Shown piece after piece: positions 42,584 to 55,899 of a stretch of DNA of 64,000 nucleotides (the stretch's first letter is position 1; every line of letters begins with the position of its first letter). The DNA lies in the NCBI GenBank assembly GCA_951406725.2, contig OX597825.1:79422001-79486000 (forward strand), given 5' to 3'. A program made the translations under genes and the position numbers. The DNA comes from Octopus vulgaris. Its lineage: Eukaryota. A model generated the notes under the pieces. That model was not told the DNA's origin and did no database searches. It was given only the letters and a program-made list of their open reading frames with translations.

Positions 42584-44320
42584 AGTACTGTTGCTGAATA
42601 TCTCTCGTTGTGAGACTTAAAAATAGTAATTTTCTAAGACACATCTTGTTGGTGATGGCCAATTATGGGAGAGAGCGAGAGTGAAAGAGAGAAAGGGAGG
42701 AAGAATTCAGTCCAGTTCTTAAATGATACTTTATTGTTTTATTTCCAAAATGATGGAAGGCAAAGTTGACCTTGGCAGATTTGAACTCTGAGTGTAGAGC
42801 TTCAATAAACACCACAAGACATTCTGTCTGATGCTGTGATGATTCCGTTAATTCACTGCTCTCTGTTTACAATACATTTTGGAAACAACTTGTCAAAATA
42901 AATCATATATACACACATATATATATGTGTATATATATATATATATGTGTGTGTATATGTATATATATATATATTATTGCATGTTGTTTATGTTTATACA
43001 TTGCTTGAATACAATGACATGGATCTAGTGACCATCACATGTTCTTGTAAATTATTGTGCAGTCAAGCTAATGAAGGAGCCTCTCCATAGATCCTTAATT
43101 CACTAGAAATAGCAGACAAATTTTCCTTAATTGTTACTGTTTTTTTTTTTTTTAAATGAAAGGACTGCAAATAATCTCAGATATAATCTATTAGATTGTT
43201 ATGGCCATGGTTGGCAAGTCTTAGGTCATAGGCCAGATTGACCTGGGGCTCTCTCTCTTTACTCTTTTACTTGTTTCAGTCATTTGACTGCGGCCATGCT
43301 GGAGCACCGCCTTTAGTCGAGCAAATCGACCCCGGGACTTATTCTTTGTAAGCCCAGTACTTATTCTATCGGTCTCTTTTGCCGAACCGCTAAGTGACGG
43401 GGACGTAAACACACCAGCATCGGTTGTCAAGCAATGCTAGGGGGACAAACACAGACACACAAACACACATACATATGTGAACCCAGAACCATGTGGTTGG
43501 TTAGCAAGTTATTTACCACACAGCCACTCCTACCAAAAAAAAAAAAAAAAGATATATTGGGTTGGATAGTCCTAGATACATTATGTTTGAATGAAAGATG
43601 GGATGATCACAGTTGGAAAGTCTTTGGTCATAAGTTTTCTTGGTTAGGGTTGTGACCCTGGGCTAAACAGTAGCGGCTTCTCCATCGCAAAGTTTGATCC
43701 AACAAGGGACCTTTTACATCAGTGCTCCTCAAAGTGGGGAGTGGAAAATTTTATGTGGGTATTGAGGACAAAGGGAAGCAGTGGGAGGTGAGGGACTTTT
43801 TAGTTTTTATCTCCTAATTTAAATATTAATTTAAAAAAAAAATGAAAATTAAATGTAATCCTATGATACAGTGTAGCAATTAAGGTAACAATAGATTATA
43901 ATAGCCATCTATGTATTATACATAATGCATGTACACAGTTGACTGGCCAGTTGGTATGGTATTTGTCCTTAGATAACAAATCTCATGGACTTACAATGTA
44001 GAAAACATAATAAGTATCAGAGAAAAAGATGAAAACTCATCATAGCAGTGGCCAACAAGAACACCAGATGCATTTTAGCCTTTTGAGGTCTTTTCAATGG
44101 CAAGTACTTGCAGCCAGCCATGTGTTTAGATGAGAATTCAGGTAAGTTAGAAACAAAAGGCTTAACGATTACATTAATCAATGTGGTTTGACTTCTTAAA
44201 CACTGTAGGACGTGATTTGAAGTAGATTTTGCTTATTATTTCTAGCAGGTTGAATAATCTTGCTTTGATAATCTCTGTTTTGTCCTGATGTATAATCCCT
44301 TTTTTTTTTTTATATTTCAG

Positions 44321-44422
44321 CGTAGCATGTGGCTTAGGTGGGTCTCTCTTCATTTTACTTCATAGAAAAATAATTCTCTTCACCAGAAGACACAAAAGGA
44401 TGTCTGCTTTTCTACAGAAAAA
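44321..44422 (+). CDS. CLCN2: ClC-2-like exon I: VACGLGGSLFILLHRKIILFTRRHKRMSAFLQK; phase 2-2
   Basis: tttcAG / GTaagc; helix J similarity (G.GG.LF..L.RKI); 102 nt. Confidence 0.94.
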
Positions 44423-45074
44423 GTAAGCAGAATCTCTTTTTTTCTAAGAAACTTTTCCTTGTGTGTTCAACAGTCTGACATGAAATTTATTGTTTGTTTT
44501 TAAAATATGTTTTATCTTAGATCAAGGGAAGTAATTCTTGCTTCTGAAACAATAAAATGCTTTTCAATGTTTTCGGATTAAACATTGATTAGACAAGATT
44601 GATTAGTATATATGAATACGTGATGTCATCATCATTTAAATGTCAACTTTCCCATGGTTACATGGATTGGACAGAATTTGTTGAGGCAGATTTTCTGTGA
44701 TGGGATGTTCCTCCTGTTACCAACCCCTACCCGTCTCCAAGTAGGGTAATATTTTGGTATAGCTTGATCCAGAGGGACGGAAGGCAAATTTGACCTCAAA
44801 GGGTTTTGAACTCAGACGGTAAAGAGACAACAACAATAATAGTAATAATAATAATCCTTACTACTAAAGGCACAAGGCCTGAAATTTGTGGGGAAGGGAC
44901 TAGTCGATTACATTGACCCCCAGTGATTCACTGGTACTTCATTTATTGAGCCTGAAGGGATGAAAGGCAAAGTTGACCCTGGCAGAATTTGAACTCAGAA
45001 CGTAAGGATGGATGAAATGCCACTGAGCATTTTGCCCCCAGCATGCTGGCGATCCTGCCAGTTTACTACCTTAA

Positions 45075-45125
<51 letters not shown>

Positions 45126-45129
45126 TGAT

Positions 45130-45160
<31 letters not shown>

Positions 45161-45169
45161 TGATATAAT

Positions 45170-45200
<31 letters not shown>

Positions 45201-45202
45201 TG

Positions 45203-45252
<50 letters not shown>

Positions 45253-45275
45253 TTTGATCTGTTTTATCATTTCAG

Positions 45276-45360
45276 TCGATTTATTTATCCTGGAATAATA
45301 GCTATTTTAATATCTACATTAACATTCCCACCTGGTCTTGGACAATATTTTGCTGGACAG
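45276..45360 (+). CDS. CLCN2: ClC-2-like exon J: NRFIYPGIIAILISTLTFPPGLGQYFAGQ; phase 2-0
   Basis: tttcAG / GTatgt; LISTLTFPPG.GQ..AGQ motif; 85 nt. Confidence 0.97.
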
Positions 45361-46437
45361 GTATGTATATATATGTATATATTTTTGTATATCTTTAATA
45401 TAGTATATGATAAACCCTTTTCTGACAGAAGACACCCAAGTTACTTTTCCTTCTCCTCCTCTTTTCACCCCTGTTGTGTCCAGCCCCTTTGTATCTGCAC
45501 TAAGCACCATCCCAGTCCTTCCTTTTCAGAATGACTTCCCTCTGAAACCTCCCTCTCTGCTCATGTCATTCATGAATGTGTTGACTTGAAGTAGTTTAAA
45601 TAAAAAAATTAATAGCATCATTTTTACCTGTTTTCGATGACTGGTGATGGCCAATGGTCACTGCTCCTTGTTCCACACCTGGCAAATGAGAAAAAAAAAT
45701 GAATGTCTTTTTATTTGTTTCTGTAATCAGAATTAAAAAAAAATCTTCTCGACTGGTTTCATATCTAATTTGATTCTCTTCAAATATCATTTGACCCACC
45801 CATTTCATTTAGTGATTGTACATAGCTGTTAATTATACAAGCATGCCTCAGTGTATATTGTTTCGAGTTGCATCTTTTTTGGCTTAGCCATTTATTTTTT
45901 TTTTTAAGAAATTAATGAGAAAAATAGCCCTCAACTACAGTTGATTTATCTAACTTTACATTGATCTCAGTGAACATATTTAAAAGCATAAAGATTCAAA
46001 AAGCATAAAACCCAATCCTGAAGTAGAAAATAAAAAAAATAATACATGTGAAAATATGTACAAACCATTTATTCAAACAGATAAGAGGTAATAAATTTCT
46101 CAACCCTCCAGCATTTAAACTGGCCATATCCAACCAGAATATTCTACCTGTTTTATGTAGAAATTAGCTAAATTCTAGCCTCTTATACCTACCCTACAAT
46201 GTTATTCTAAAAGTAAACAATCACATCATCAAAATCTCAGAGCAACAAGGTAATGTGAGACTAATTCAAAATAATGTGAATAGATGAGGATTTTATATGA
46301 TAGAGAAATCTGAATGTTAAAGAGTCAATTGGTCTTCCATTTTTTATAATTTTTTAAGTGAACCTGCATATCTCAGAACTAATTACTGATGTAAGTTGAG
46401 GGATACCTGCATTTCTCTCCTTGGGCAGATCATATAT

Positions 46438-46484
46438 TTTATCTCTGATGAAAATCAAATGAGATGTGAAACCGGTCAGGTAGA
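46438..46484 (+). ncRNA. Candidate minimal type-I hammerhead ribozyme (Penelope-type)
   Basis: TTTATCT-CTGATGA-[stem II AAATC/GATGT]-GAAA-CCGG-TC-AGGTAGA; intact core, palindromic stem III, GUC site, 7-bp stem I with two G:U pairs. Confidence 0.65.
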
Positions 46485-47559
46485 TCCTTTTTTGTTTTTG
46501 TTTTTGTCAACAGAGAAAAAGAAAATGACATTTGTTTACAGTTGTCCCAGCCCTGTGATGGATCTGCTGTGAAAGACGGTTTAGTTTGAGTCATACCAAA
46601 TATAGGCCAAAAAATAAAAGCTATTTAGTGCTTAATTAATTCATTTGTAAGAATCTCTGTGTGTGTGTGTGTGTACATCTATATTCATCGTGGCCGTAGC
46701 CAGCGCCGCCCTGACTGGCTTCCTTGCTGGTGGCACGTAAAAAGCACCATTCGACCGTGGCCGTTGCCAGCTTAGTCTGGTCTCCGTGCCGGTGGCACAT
46801 AAAAAGCACCATCCAATCGTGGCCATTTGCCAGCCTCGTCTGGCACCTGTGCCGGTGGCACGTAAAAAGCACCCACTACACTCACGCAGTGGTTGGTGTT
46901 AGGAAGGGCATCCAGCTGTAAAAACACTGCCAGATCAGTCTGGGCCTGGTGCAGCCTTCTGGCTTCCCAGACCCCAGTTGAACCATCCAACCCATGCTAG
47001 CATGGAGAACGGACGTTAAACGATGATGATGATGATGATGATGATGATTTTATGCCTGTTTTTCCATTTCCTCATGTGTTGGGTGAGTCTTCTCCAGCAG
47101 AACACCTTGTCACTTGTCATCTCCTTGATAAGATTCAGCCCCTCAAGATTAGCCTCCTGTGTCTTCCTTGGTCTTTCTCTTTTTCTGGTTCCTTTCTCTA
47201 CACTTCCACACACACACACACACATGTGACTGTGAGTGTTTCTGTACATATATATATTTTCAACCAATATATCCCTCTTTATTTGTTCTCTACTTATTAT
47301 TTCTTTACCCCTTCTCTTCCTAGGGTCTGCCTTTGACGTTGAATCTACTAAAGTTTTTCTTAAATACTTAATAGTGTTCTGTTTATCATTTATGCAGTCA
47401 TTGAAATTGTTATAATGTCTTGTTGTTGAGATGGGTTCCCTTTCTTTCCTGATGAGAAGATAGCATTTTACACCGTGTATTCCTTTGGAATAATACCAAT
47501 GTTGTCTTCGAAACATATGTCGAAAATTTGAATAGCATCTGCGTTCAACTTCACTTATA

Positions 47560-47691
47560 CAGGGTGTCCCCAAAAAAATGTATACACATAGTGGTTCGGC
47601 AAAAGAGAACGATAGAATAAGTACTAGGCTTACAAAGAATAACAAATTTACAATTATTTAAGGTGTGTATACATTTTTTTGGGACACCCTG
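47560..47691. mobile_element. Tc1/mariner-type MITE containing a SINE fragment
   Basis: TA|CAGGGTGTCCCCAAAAAAATGTATACAC ... GTGTATACATTTTTTTGGGACACCCTG|TA. Confidence 0.85.
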
Positions 47692-50300
47692 TATATATAT
47701 AATATGTAAATGTGTTTATGAATATCATATACGATATAATTGATAAACATGTAGTTTATTTATTAGCTGTGGGTTTGGGTCCCATGAGCATCCTTTGACA
47801 TGCACTGAGCTCCAGTGTCTGCTATATATATAGCTGTGTGGGACAAAACACACAAACACATTTAGTTTACATTTTTTATGTATATCATCATCATCACCAT
47901 CCTGTGTTTGAGTGTGTCTGTACATGTATGTATATCTATATATTTAACCTTATATATACGTCACTTTAACTATGTATAAACATACACACACACCCATAAT
48001 GGGTGCATGTATGTATACTGCCTTAGGATGTTTACTGTTGGCTGGTTTGTTTATATGTATTTCACCAGATATAGATGTATGTGTGTGTGTGTGTGTATAT
48101 ATATATTATATATCAGCAAATATATATAAATACAAGTTCTAAATAGGTTGTTAGCATTAGATTTCAATAATTCAGATTTCAGAATATTTCCATATTCCTA
48201 ATGAGCAATATTGTATTTCATTTTCATGCACAAATGTCTTCTGCTTTAAGAATTCATTGTGGTTCTTTGGTTATTCCTGTCAGTTGACGTAGTTATCACC
48301 TATCAATTACAATATTTCACTCTATTTATTTTGTATAGAATAACAGCAAAAAAACAAAAAAGAAAAAAGGTTTCACCTGATGAGTTTTGATAACGGATTC
48401 TTGGTAAAGTGGAATGGGGGTGGCATCAAAAGCTGTTAATGCCAAGAATTTGGTACTGGCTGATCCCAAAGACCATCCCCTGAGAAATACGGGAGTTCTA
48501 ATTGCAGTAGCATTCATGTTCTGGTGATATTGTTTGCTTGTTTCAATCATTGGACTGCAGCCATGCTGGAATACCACCTTGAAGGGTCCTCATCCATCAA
48601 ATTGATCCCTAGTACTCATTAAGTCTGCTACCTGTTCTGTCATTCTCTTTTGCTGAACTGCCAAACCATGGGGATGTAAACAAACCAACACTGGCAGTGG
48701 GTGTGTGGGGCAGACAGATAGACACATGTACATCTGTGTGTGTGTGTGTGTATGTACACACACATACACACAATGAGCTTCTCCACAGTTTTCTATACAC
48801 TTTTCACTTTTAGGAAAAAGACATCTTGCTTTACTTTAGACATTAATCTGATGGTTTATCTGGCAAATGAGCTGGCACTCATGAGCATTCCAAGCAAAAT
48901 GCTAAGCAACATTCTATTAGCCTTTATGATTTGAGTTCAAATACCACCAAGGTCAGCTTTGCCATTTATCCTTTCATGGTTGAGCACTTTGGATTGATGT
49001 AATCAATTTAACCCCTCCCCCGAAATTGCTGGCCTTGTGCCAAAATCTGAAATCAATATAATGGTTTATAATAAAAATCTCATACGGCTTTGCAAAGTTC
49101 TTGGTTTGAATTCTAAATTCCAATAAGTTTATTCTTGGCAGCAAAATGGTAGACTTGTTGGAATGTTGGATGGAATTACTTAAGCCCTTCACTGCCAATG
49201 GATCATAGGCCATTGATGACTTTTTCTCACTGTTCTCTACTCTGAGCTGTTGGGGCCACTCCTGGGGACACCCTCATCCATGTGTCTTGGGCACTGATTC
49301 TCAACCATGTTTTACCTATGGACACCCTTGATCCCTATTTAAAGTTAAAAAAAGAATCCCATAATTAAATATTATTAGGACCTTTATATAAAAAAAAAAT
49401 TGAAGTATTTTGTGTAATGTAGAAGTACAACTGATTTATTGTACAGAATTTTTAACAACTAAATCTTATCTGGACACCCCCTCCCAGAGTCATGTGAACC
49501 CTGGTTGAGAACCACTGATCTAGAATTTCCCTGGGAGAAGGGCTTCTGCTCTCAGCTCTTGTTGGTTTTGAATTGACATCTATTCTTCTGAAACTTTGCT
49601 TTTATCTAGGTAAGAGTCTTGGCCCTATGTAAATCCATTTTTACCTCTGGGATGAGGTGATCCAACGTAGTCTGACCTCAATACTTTGACCTGTCCAGCA
49701 TTGTAGTCCCTGCCTGGAGCTTATGCTCCACTGGCACAGCTCTCAAGTGCATTATACACACAGTACCAGGCTAGTTTCCAACAATAAACTATTATTTCTA
49801 AACTAAATGTAATTCCACAGTTATCTGATATTTTACTGATATATTTATGTGAAACTTTTTTTTGCCATTCTCAAGATGCTTATTACTAAAGGGATTGTTC
49901 TTGTTTCCAATCTTCCCTATTTTTGTTATCAATGTTTCCAGGTCCTTGTATTTGGATACGTATGTCTCTTTCCCCCTAATTCAGAAATAAGGCTTTATTT
50001 AAGTTTGAATTCAGTCTGGAGTCTGGACATGTCCAGGAAAAAGACGCCTAAAGCTGATTAAATACCAAACTGATCAGAATATAGAGTAGATATAAAGGAA
50101 AGGAATATTTCATCTCCACTATAAAGGTTTCTTAAAAAAACACAGACACACAAGAAAAAAGAGGGAATAGAGCAATCAGGTCTGGAATTCAGTCTTGTCA
50201 AATCCATCTCTATCTGGTTAGAACTCTTCTAAAAATTTTTAAAAAATGAAAGAAAATGTAATAAAAAGCATATATTTATAATGAGTTGATTGTTTTGCAG

Positions 50301-50453
50301 TTGACTGCTCGTCGAGCCATTAACGAACTATTCAGTAACATTACATGGACCACAGGACAAGCTGATGATTTAGAAGAAGAGGCCATCCTCAGGCACTGGA
50401 ATCCTCCGGCTACCAATATCTATGTCACACTATTACTCTATGTCATTATGACC
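50301..50453 (+). CDS. CLCN2: ClC-2-like exon K: LTARRAINELFSNITWTTGQADDLEEEAILRHWNPPATNIYVTLLLYVIMT; phase 0-0
   Basis: ttgcAG / GTaagt; LF.N.TW with N-glycosylation sequon NIT, and WNPP..N motif; 153 nt. Confidence 0.95.
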
Positions 50454-51099
50454 GTAAGTATTTTATATCCAGTTTTATTTTCCATCTCAGTAATTTATAA
50501 TGGGGACAAAACTGAAAAATTATTTCTATAAATGTGTAGATTTTACTTTGGAATTTTTCCAAACCCATATGTTATAGCCATCTATATATCATACTTAACA
50601 TGTATACACTGTGGACAGGCGAGATACTGCAGTTTTTGTCAGAGCTCCCCAAATCACAAGATTATCCTGGAGTTGTGATTATCCTTGTGGGTGCAAAGAG
50701 GAAGGGAAGCTGATTGTGCAGAGTAAAAAAACCCAGTTGCTACATATGTGGAAGTAAAAGCCACTCTTCTCCTCCTAGGAACTCCTGGTTCTAAGAACAG
50801 CCATTGAAGAACTTAATGGATCTACTGAACAACTGGAGGAAACCGGGGAACAATGTGTTGGTTGTGGTAGAAGCAAGACCCTATACACAGCTTGGAATGT
50901 TTCTGGCTTAGTCTCATATCGTGGGGGCTATTACATGAGTAACAGTGCTGGGTGGGTCACTCTTATTTTGTTTTTGCGTTCATTTATTTATAATTACATG
51001 CATTTATATTTATTTATTCTATGTATGTTATCTGAAATTTGATATTTGAAAATATATCTTGTATAATTTCATATAATACACCCACCCACCACACACATG

Positions 51100-52053
<954 letters not shown>

Positions 52054-52409
52054 CAACTGGAGGAAACCGGGGAACAATGTGTTGGTTGTGATAGAAGCAA
52101 GAGCCTATACACAGCTTGGAATGTTTCTGGTTTAGTCTCATATCGTGGGGGCTATTACATGAGTAACAGTGCTGGGTGGGTCACTCTTATTTTGTTTTTG
52201 TGTTCATTTATTTATAATTACATGCATTTATATTTATTTATTCTATGTATGTTATCTGAAATTTGATATTTTAAAATATATCTTGTATAATTTCATATAA
52301 TACACCCACCCACCACACACGTGTATATATATATATATATATATATACATACACACACACACATATATATGTATATTTATATATATATATATACTCATAT
52401 ATACATGCA

Positions 52410-52483
<74 letters not shown>

Positions 52484-53658
52484 AAATACTTGAGTACATA
52501 TTTCGTAGCACCTTTATAACTTGTTGTTATGAATATATGGTCCCTTGTGACAAATACAAGACATTTAACTGGTTGGCAATGAAGATCATAGGTTTTTCTG
52601 CTGCTGCCTTCTGGAAATAATTAAGTGGATTGAAAGAATCGTTAGAGAATCTAATTTCCTTGCAGTATTCAGTTACAGCACTTTACATTTACACTTCAAA
52701 TGATGCCAAGGTTAACTTTGCCTTCATTCTTTCAGGATCCGTATAGTAAAGTACCAGCAAAATACTGGGCTCAATCTAATTGACCAACCCCTCCCAACAA
52801 ATTTCTGACCTTGTGTTCTTGAGCAAGACACTTTATTTCACGTTGCTCCAGTTCACTCAGCTGTGGAAATGAGTTGCAACATTATTGGTGACAAGTTGTA
52901 TTGGCCCCTTTTCCTTTCCCTTGGATAACATCAGTGGCATGGAGACGGGAGGCTGATATGCATGGGCAACTGCTGCTCTCCCATAAACATCATTACCTGA
53001 ATGTGTGCCTTGGAGGGAAGCTTTCTAAGTGCAATCCCATGGTCATTCATGACTGAAGGGGTCTTTACCTGTTACCGTTTTTACTGATGTTAGAAATTAT
53101 TCTTGTTATTATTGTTGCTAAGGCGGCAAGCTGGCAAAATTGTTAGCACGCTGGGCGAAATGCTTAGCAGTAGTTCATCCATCTTCACATTCTTAGTTCA
53201 AATTCTGATGAGGTTGACTTCGCTTTTCATCCCTTTAGGGGGTCGATAGATTGAGTACCAGTGAAACACAGGGGTCGAGGCAATCGACTATCCCCCTCCC
53301 CTAAAATTTCAGGCCTTGTGCCTATAATAGAAATTATTATTGTTGTTGCTACTACTGCTGATGCTGCTGCTGTTGTTGTTGTTGTTGCTGTTAAGCAACA
53401 AGATGGGTAAGGGTGATTAGGTGATGGTCTAGTGGTGAGGAGCGGGAGACCCCCAGACCTTGGAAAAAAACAAAAAAATTTGGTTGTCTTGTTGTAGTCG
53501 AGGGCTCTTCGTTGACACCTGACACCACTGGGAGGTGGCCCTCGAAGTCGCTGGAAATGGAGATCTCCAGGTTCAAATTCTTGAACAGCTGCTGCTGCTG
53601 CTATCATATTGAAGAACATTGCCTTATATATCTTTTTTTTTTTTAACTTTTTTTGTAG

Positions 53659-53728
53659 TTTTGGATGGGTGCCTTGTCAAACACTTTACCAATTCCTGCG
53701 GGTGTCTTTGTTCCAGTTTTCTGCTGTG
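53659..53728 (+). CDS. CLCN2: ClC-2-like exon L, copy 1: FWMGALSNTLPIPAGVFVPVFCC(G); phase 0-1
   Basis: tttgtAG / GTttgt; GxFxP motif; 70 nt; identical to copy 2. Confidence 0.85.
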
Positions 53729-54368
53729 GTTTGTAGATTATATATTTTGCTTTTTTTCCCCCCACAAGACCCATGCTTTCTCTCCTCTTGTAAAAGTTTT
53801 GTCTTTGCCCTATCTAATACACATTCGGCAGAGTGGACTCGCATTGGACTCAAAAACGACTCTTGGTAAACAACTTGTTGTCACTTCCACATATCCTCAT
53901 AATCTCATTATTCTTCACATTCATCCCTTCCATGCTGGCTCCGGGTGGACCAAACTTACTGAGGTAGTGTCCTTTGGATTAATGTCCTTTCTGCCACCAA
54001 TTTTTGTCTGTTAAAACAAGTAAGATATTATATTCCATTGGTCTTCAACAAAACAGCTGTTGACCTACAGGAAGCAATGTTTATATACGACATTAACAGA
54101 GTACCATTTTTGCACAAGTGATTTCATTGGGAAGACAGGGAAATAAGCTCTCATGTGCACACACATGTATATATGCCAGCATGACAGGCTTCCATACAGT
54201 TTTTGTCTACCAATTTCACTCAGAAAGCTTTAATTAGTTCAAGGTTATAATTGATGTTCAAAGTGTCATAGAGTTTGATGGAATTGACACCATATGGAGA
54301 ATTTGTAACCAGAGACATGCTTCTAACTTGGCTTAATAAATACACACATTTATGTGTGTGTGGGTATT

Positions 54369-54416
<48 letters not shown>

Positions 54417-54996
54417 GTGTTAGAAATTATTCTTGTTATTACTGTTGCTAAGGTGGTAAGCTGGCAAAATTGTTAGCATACCGGGCGAAATGCTTAGCGG
54501 TATTTCATCCATCTTCACATTCTTAGTTCAAATTCTGATGAGGCTGGCCTCACCTTTCATCCCTTTAGGGGGGTCGATAAATTAAGTACCAGTGAAACAC
54601 TGGGGTTGATGCAATCGACTATCTCCCTCCCCTAAAATTTCAGGCTTTGTGCCTATAATAGAAATTATTATTGTTGTTGCTACTACTGCTGATGCTGCTG
54701 CTGTTGTTGTTGTTGTTGCTGTTAAGCAACAAGATGGGTAAGGGTGATTAGGTGATGGTCTAGGGGTGAGGAGCGGGAGACCCCCAGACCTTGGAAAAAA
54801 ACAAAAAAATTTGGTTGTCTTGTTGTAGTCGAGGGCTCTTCGTTGACACCTGACACCACTGGGAGGTGGCCCTCGAAGTCGCTGGAAATGGAGATCTCCA
54901 GGTTCAAATTCTTGAACAGCTGCTGCTGCTGCTATCATATTGAAGAACATTGCCTGATATATCTTTTTTTTTTTTTTTTTTTTACTTTTTTTGTAG

Positions 54997-55066
54997 TTTT
55001 GGATGGGTGCCTTGTCAAACACTTTACCAATTCCTGCGGGTGTCTTTGTTCCAGTTTTCTGCTGTG
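54997..55066 (+). CDS. CLCN2: ClC-2-like exon L, copy 2 (tandem duplicate, identical 70 nt)
   Basis: Same acceptor, donor and exon sequence as 53659-53728. Only one copy can be used in frame. Confidence 0.85.
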
Positions 55067-55706
55067 GTTTGTAGATTATATATTTTGCCTTTTTTCCCCC
55101 CACAAGACCCATGCTTTCTCTCCTCTTGTAAAAGTTTTGTCTTTGCCCTATCTAACACACATTCGGCAGAGTGGACTCACATTGGACTCAAAAACGACTC
55201 TTGCTAAACAACTTGTTGTCACTTCCACATATCCTCATAATCTCATTATTTTTCACATTCATCACTTCCATGCTGGCTCCGGGTGGACCAAACTTACTGA
55301 GGTAGTGTCCTTTGGATTAATGTCCTTTCTGCCACCAATTTTTGTCTGTTAAAACAAGTAAGATATTATATTCCATTGGTCTTCAACAAAACAGCTGTTG
55401 ACCTACAGGAAGCAATGTTTATATACGACATTAACAGAGTACCATTTTTGCACAAGTGATTTCATTGGGAAGACAGGGAAATAAGCTCTCATGTGCACAC
55501 ACATGTATATATGCCAGCATGACAGGCTTCCATACAGTTTTTGTCTACCAATTTCACTCAGAAAGCTTTAATTAGTTCAAGGTTATAATTGATGTTCAAA
55601 GTGTCATAGAGTTTGATGGAATTGACACCATATGGAGAATTTGTAACCAGAGACATGCTTCTAACTTGGCTTAATAAATACACACATTTATGTGTGTGTG
55701 GGTATT

Positions 55707-55752
<46 letters not shown>

Positions 55753-55899
55753 GTGAAATAGAAAGATGAATAATCTTGTTGCAGATTAATCAAAAGTTTA
55801 ACCGATACCTTTGTAGCAAAAATCACAGCAGAAGAAAGCACGGTTGGAGGTACAACCATATGGTGTTGCAACCGTGCATTGGTGCGGATAATTGAATTT

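Larger units (their letters stand above)
53090..55755. repeat. Tandem duplication, two units (53090-54419 and 54420-55755), each containing exon L
   Basis: Units align end to end. Both begin TTAGAAATTATTCTTG and end (TA)n-TTTGGTG, with TG microhomology at the junction. Confidence 0.95.

Noticed and set aside
47016-47645. 209-aa minus-strand ORF
   Set aside because: A mosaic of SINE, MITE and microsatellite sequence with no recognisable domain or splice support.
53227-55352. Duplicated 130-176 aa ORFs on both strands within the tandem units
   Set aside because: Off-frame or antisense readings of intron, SINE and exon L. The real frame is the 70-nt exon.
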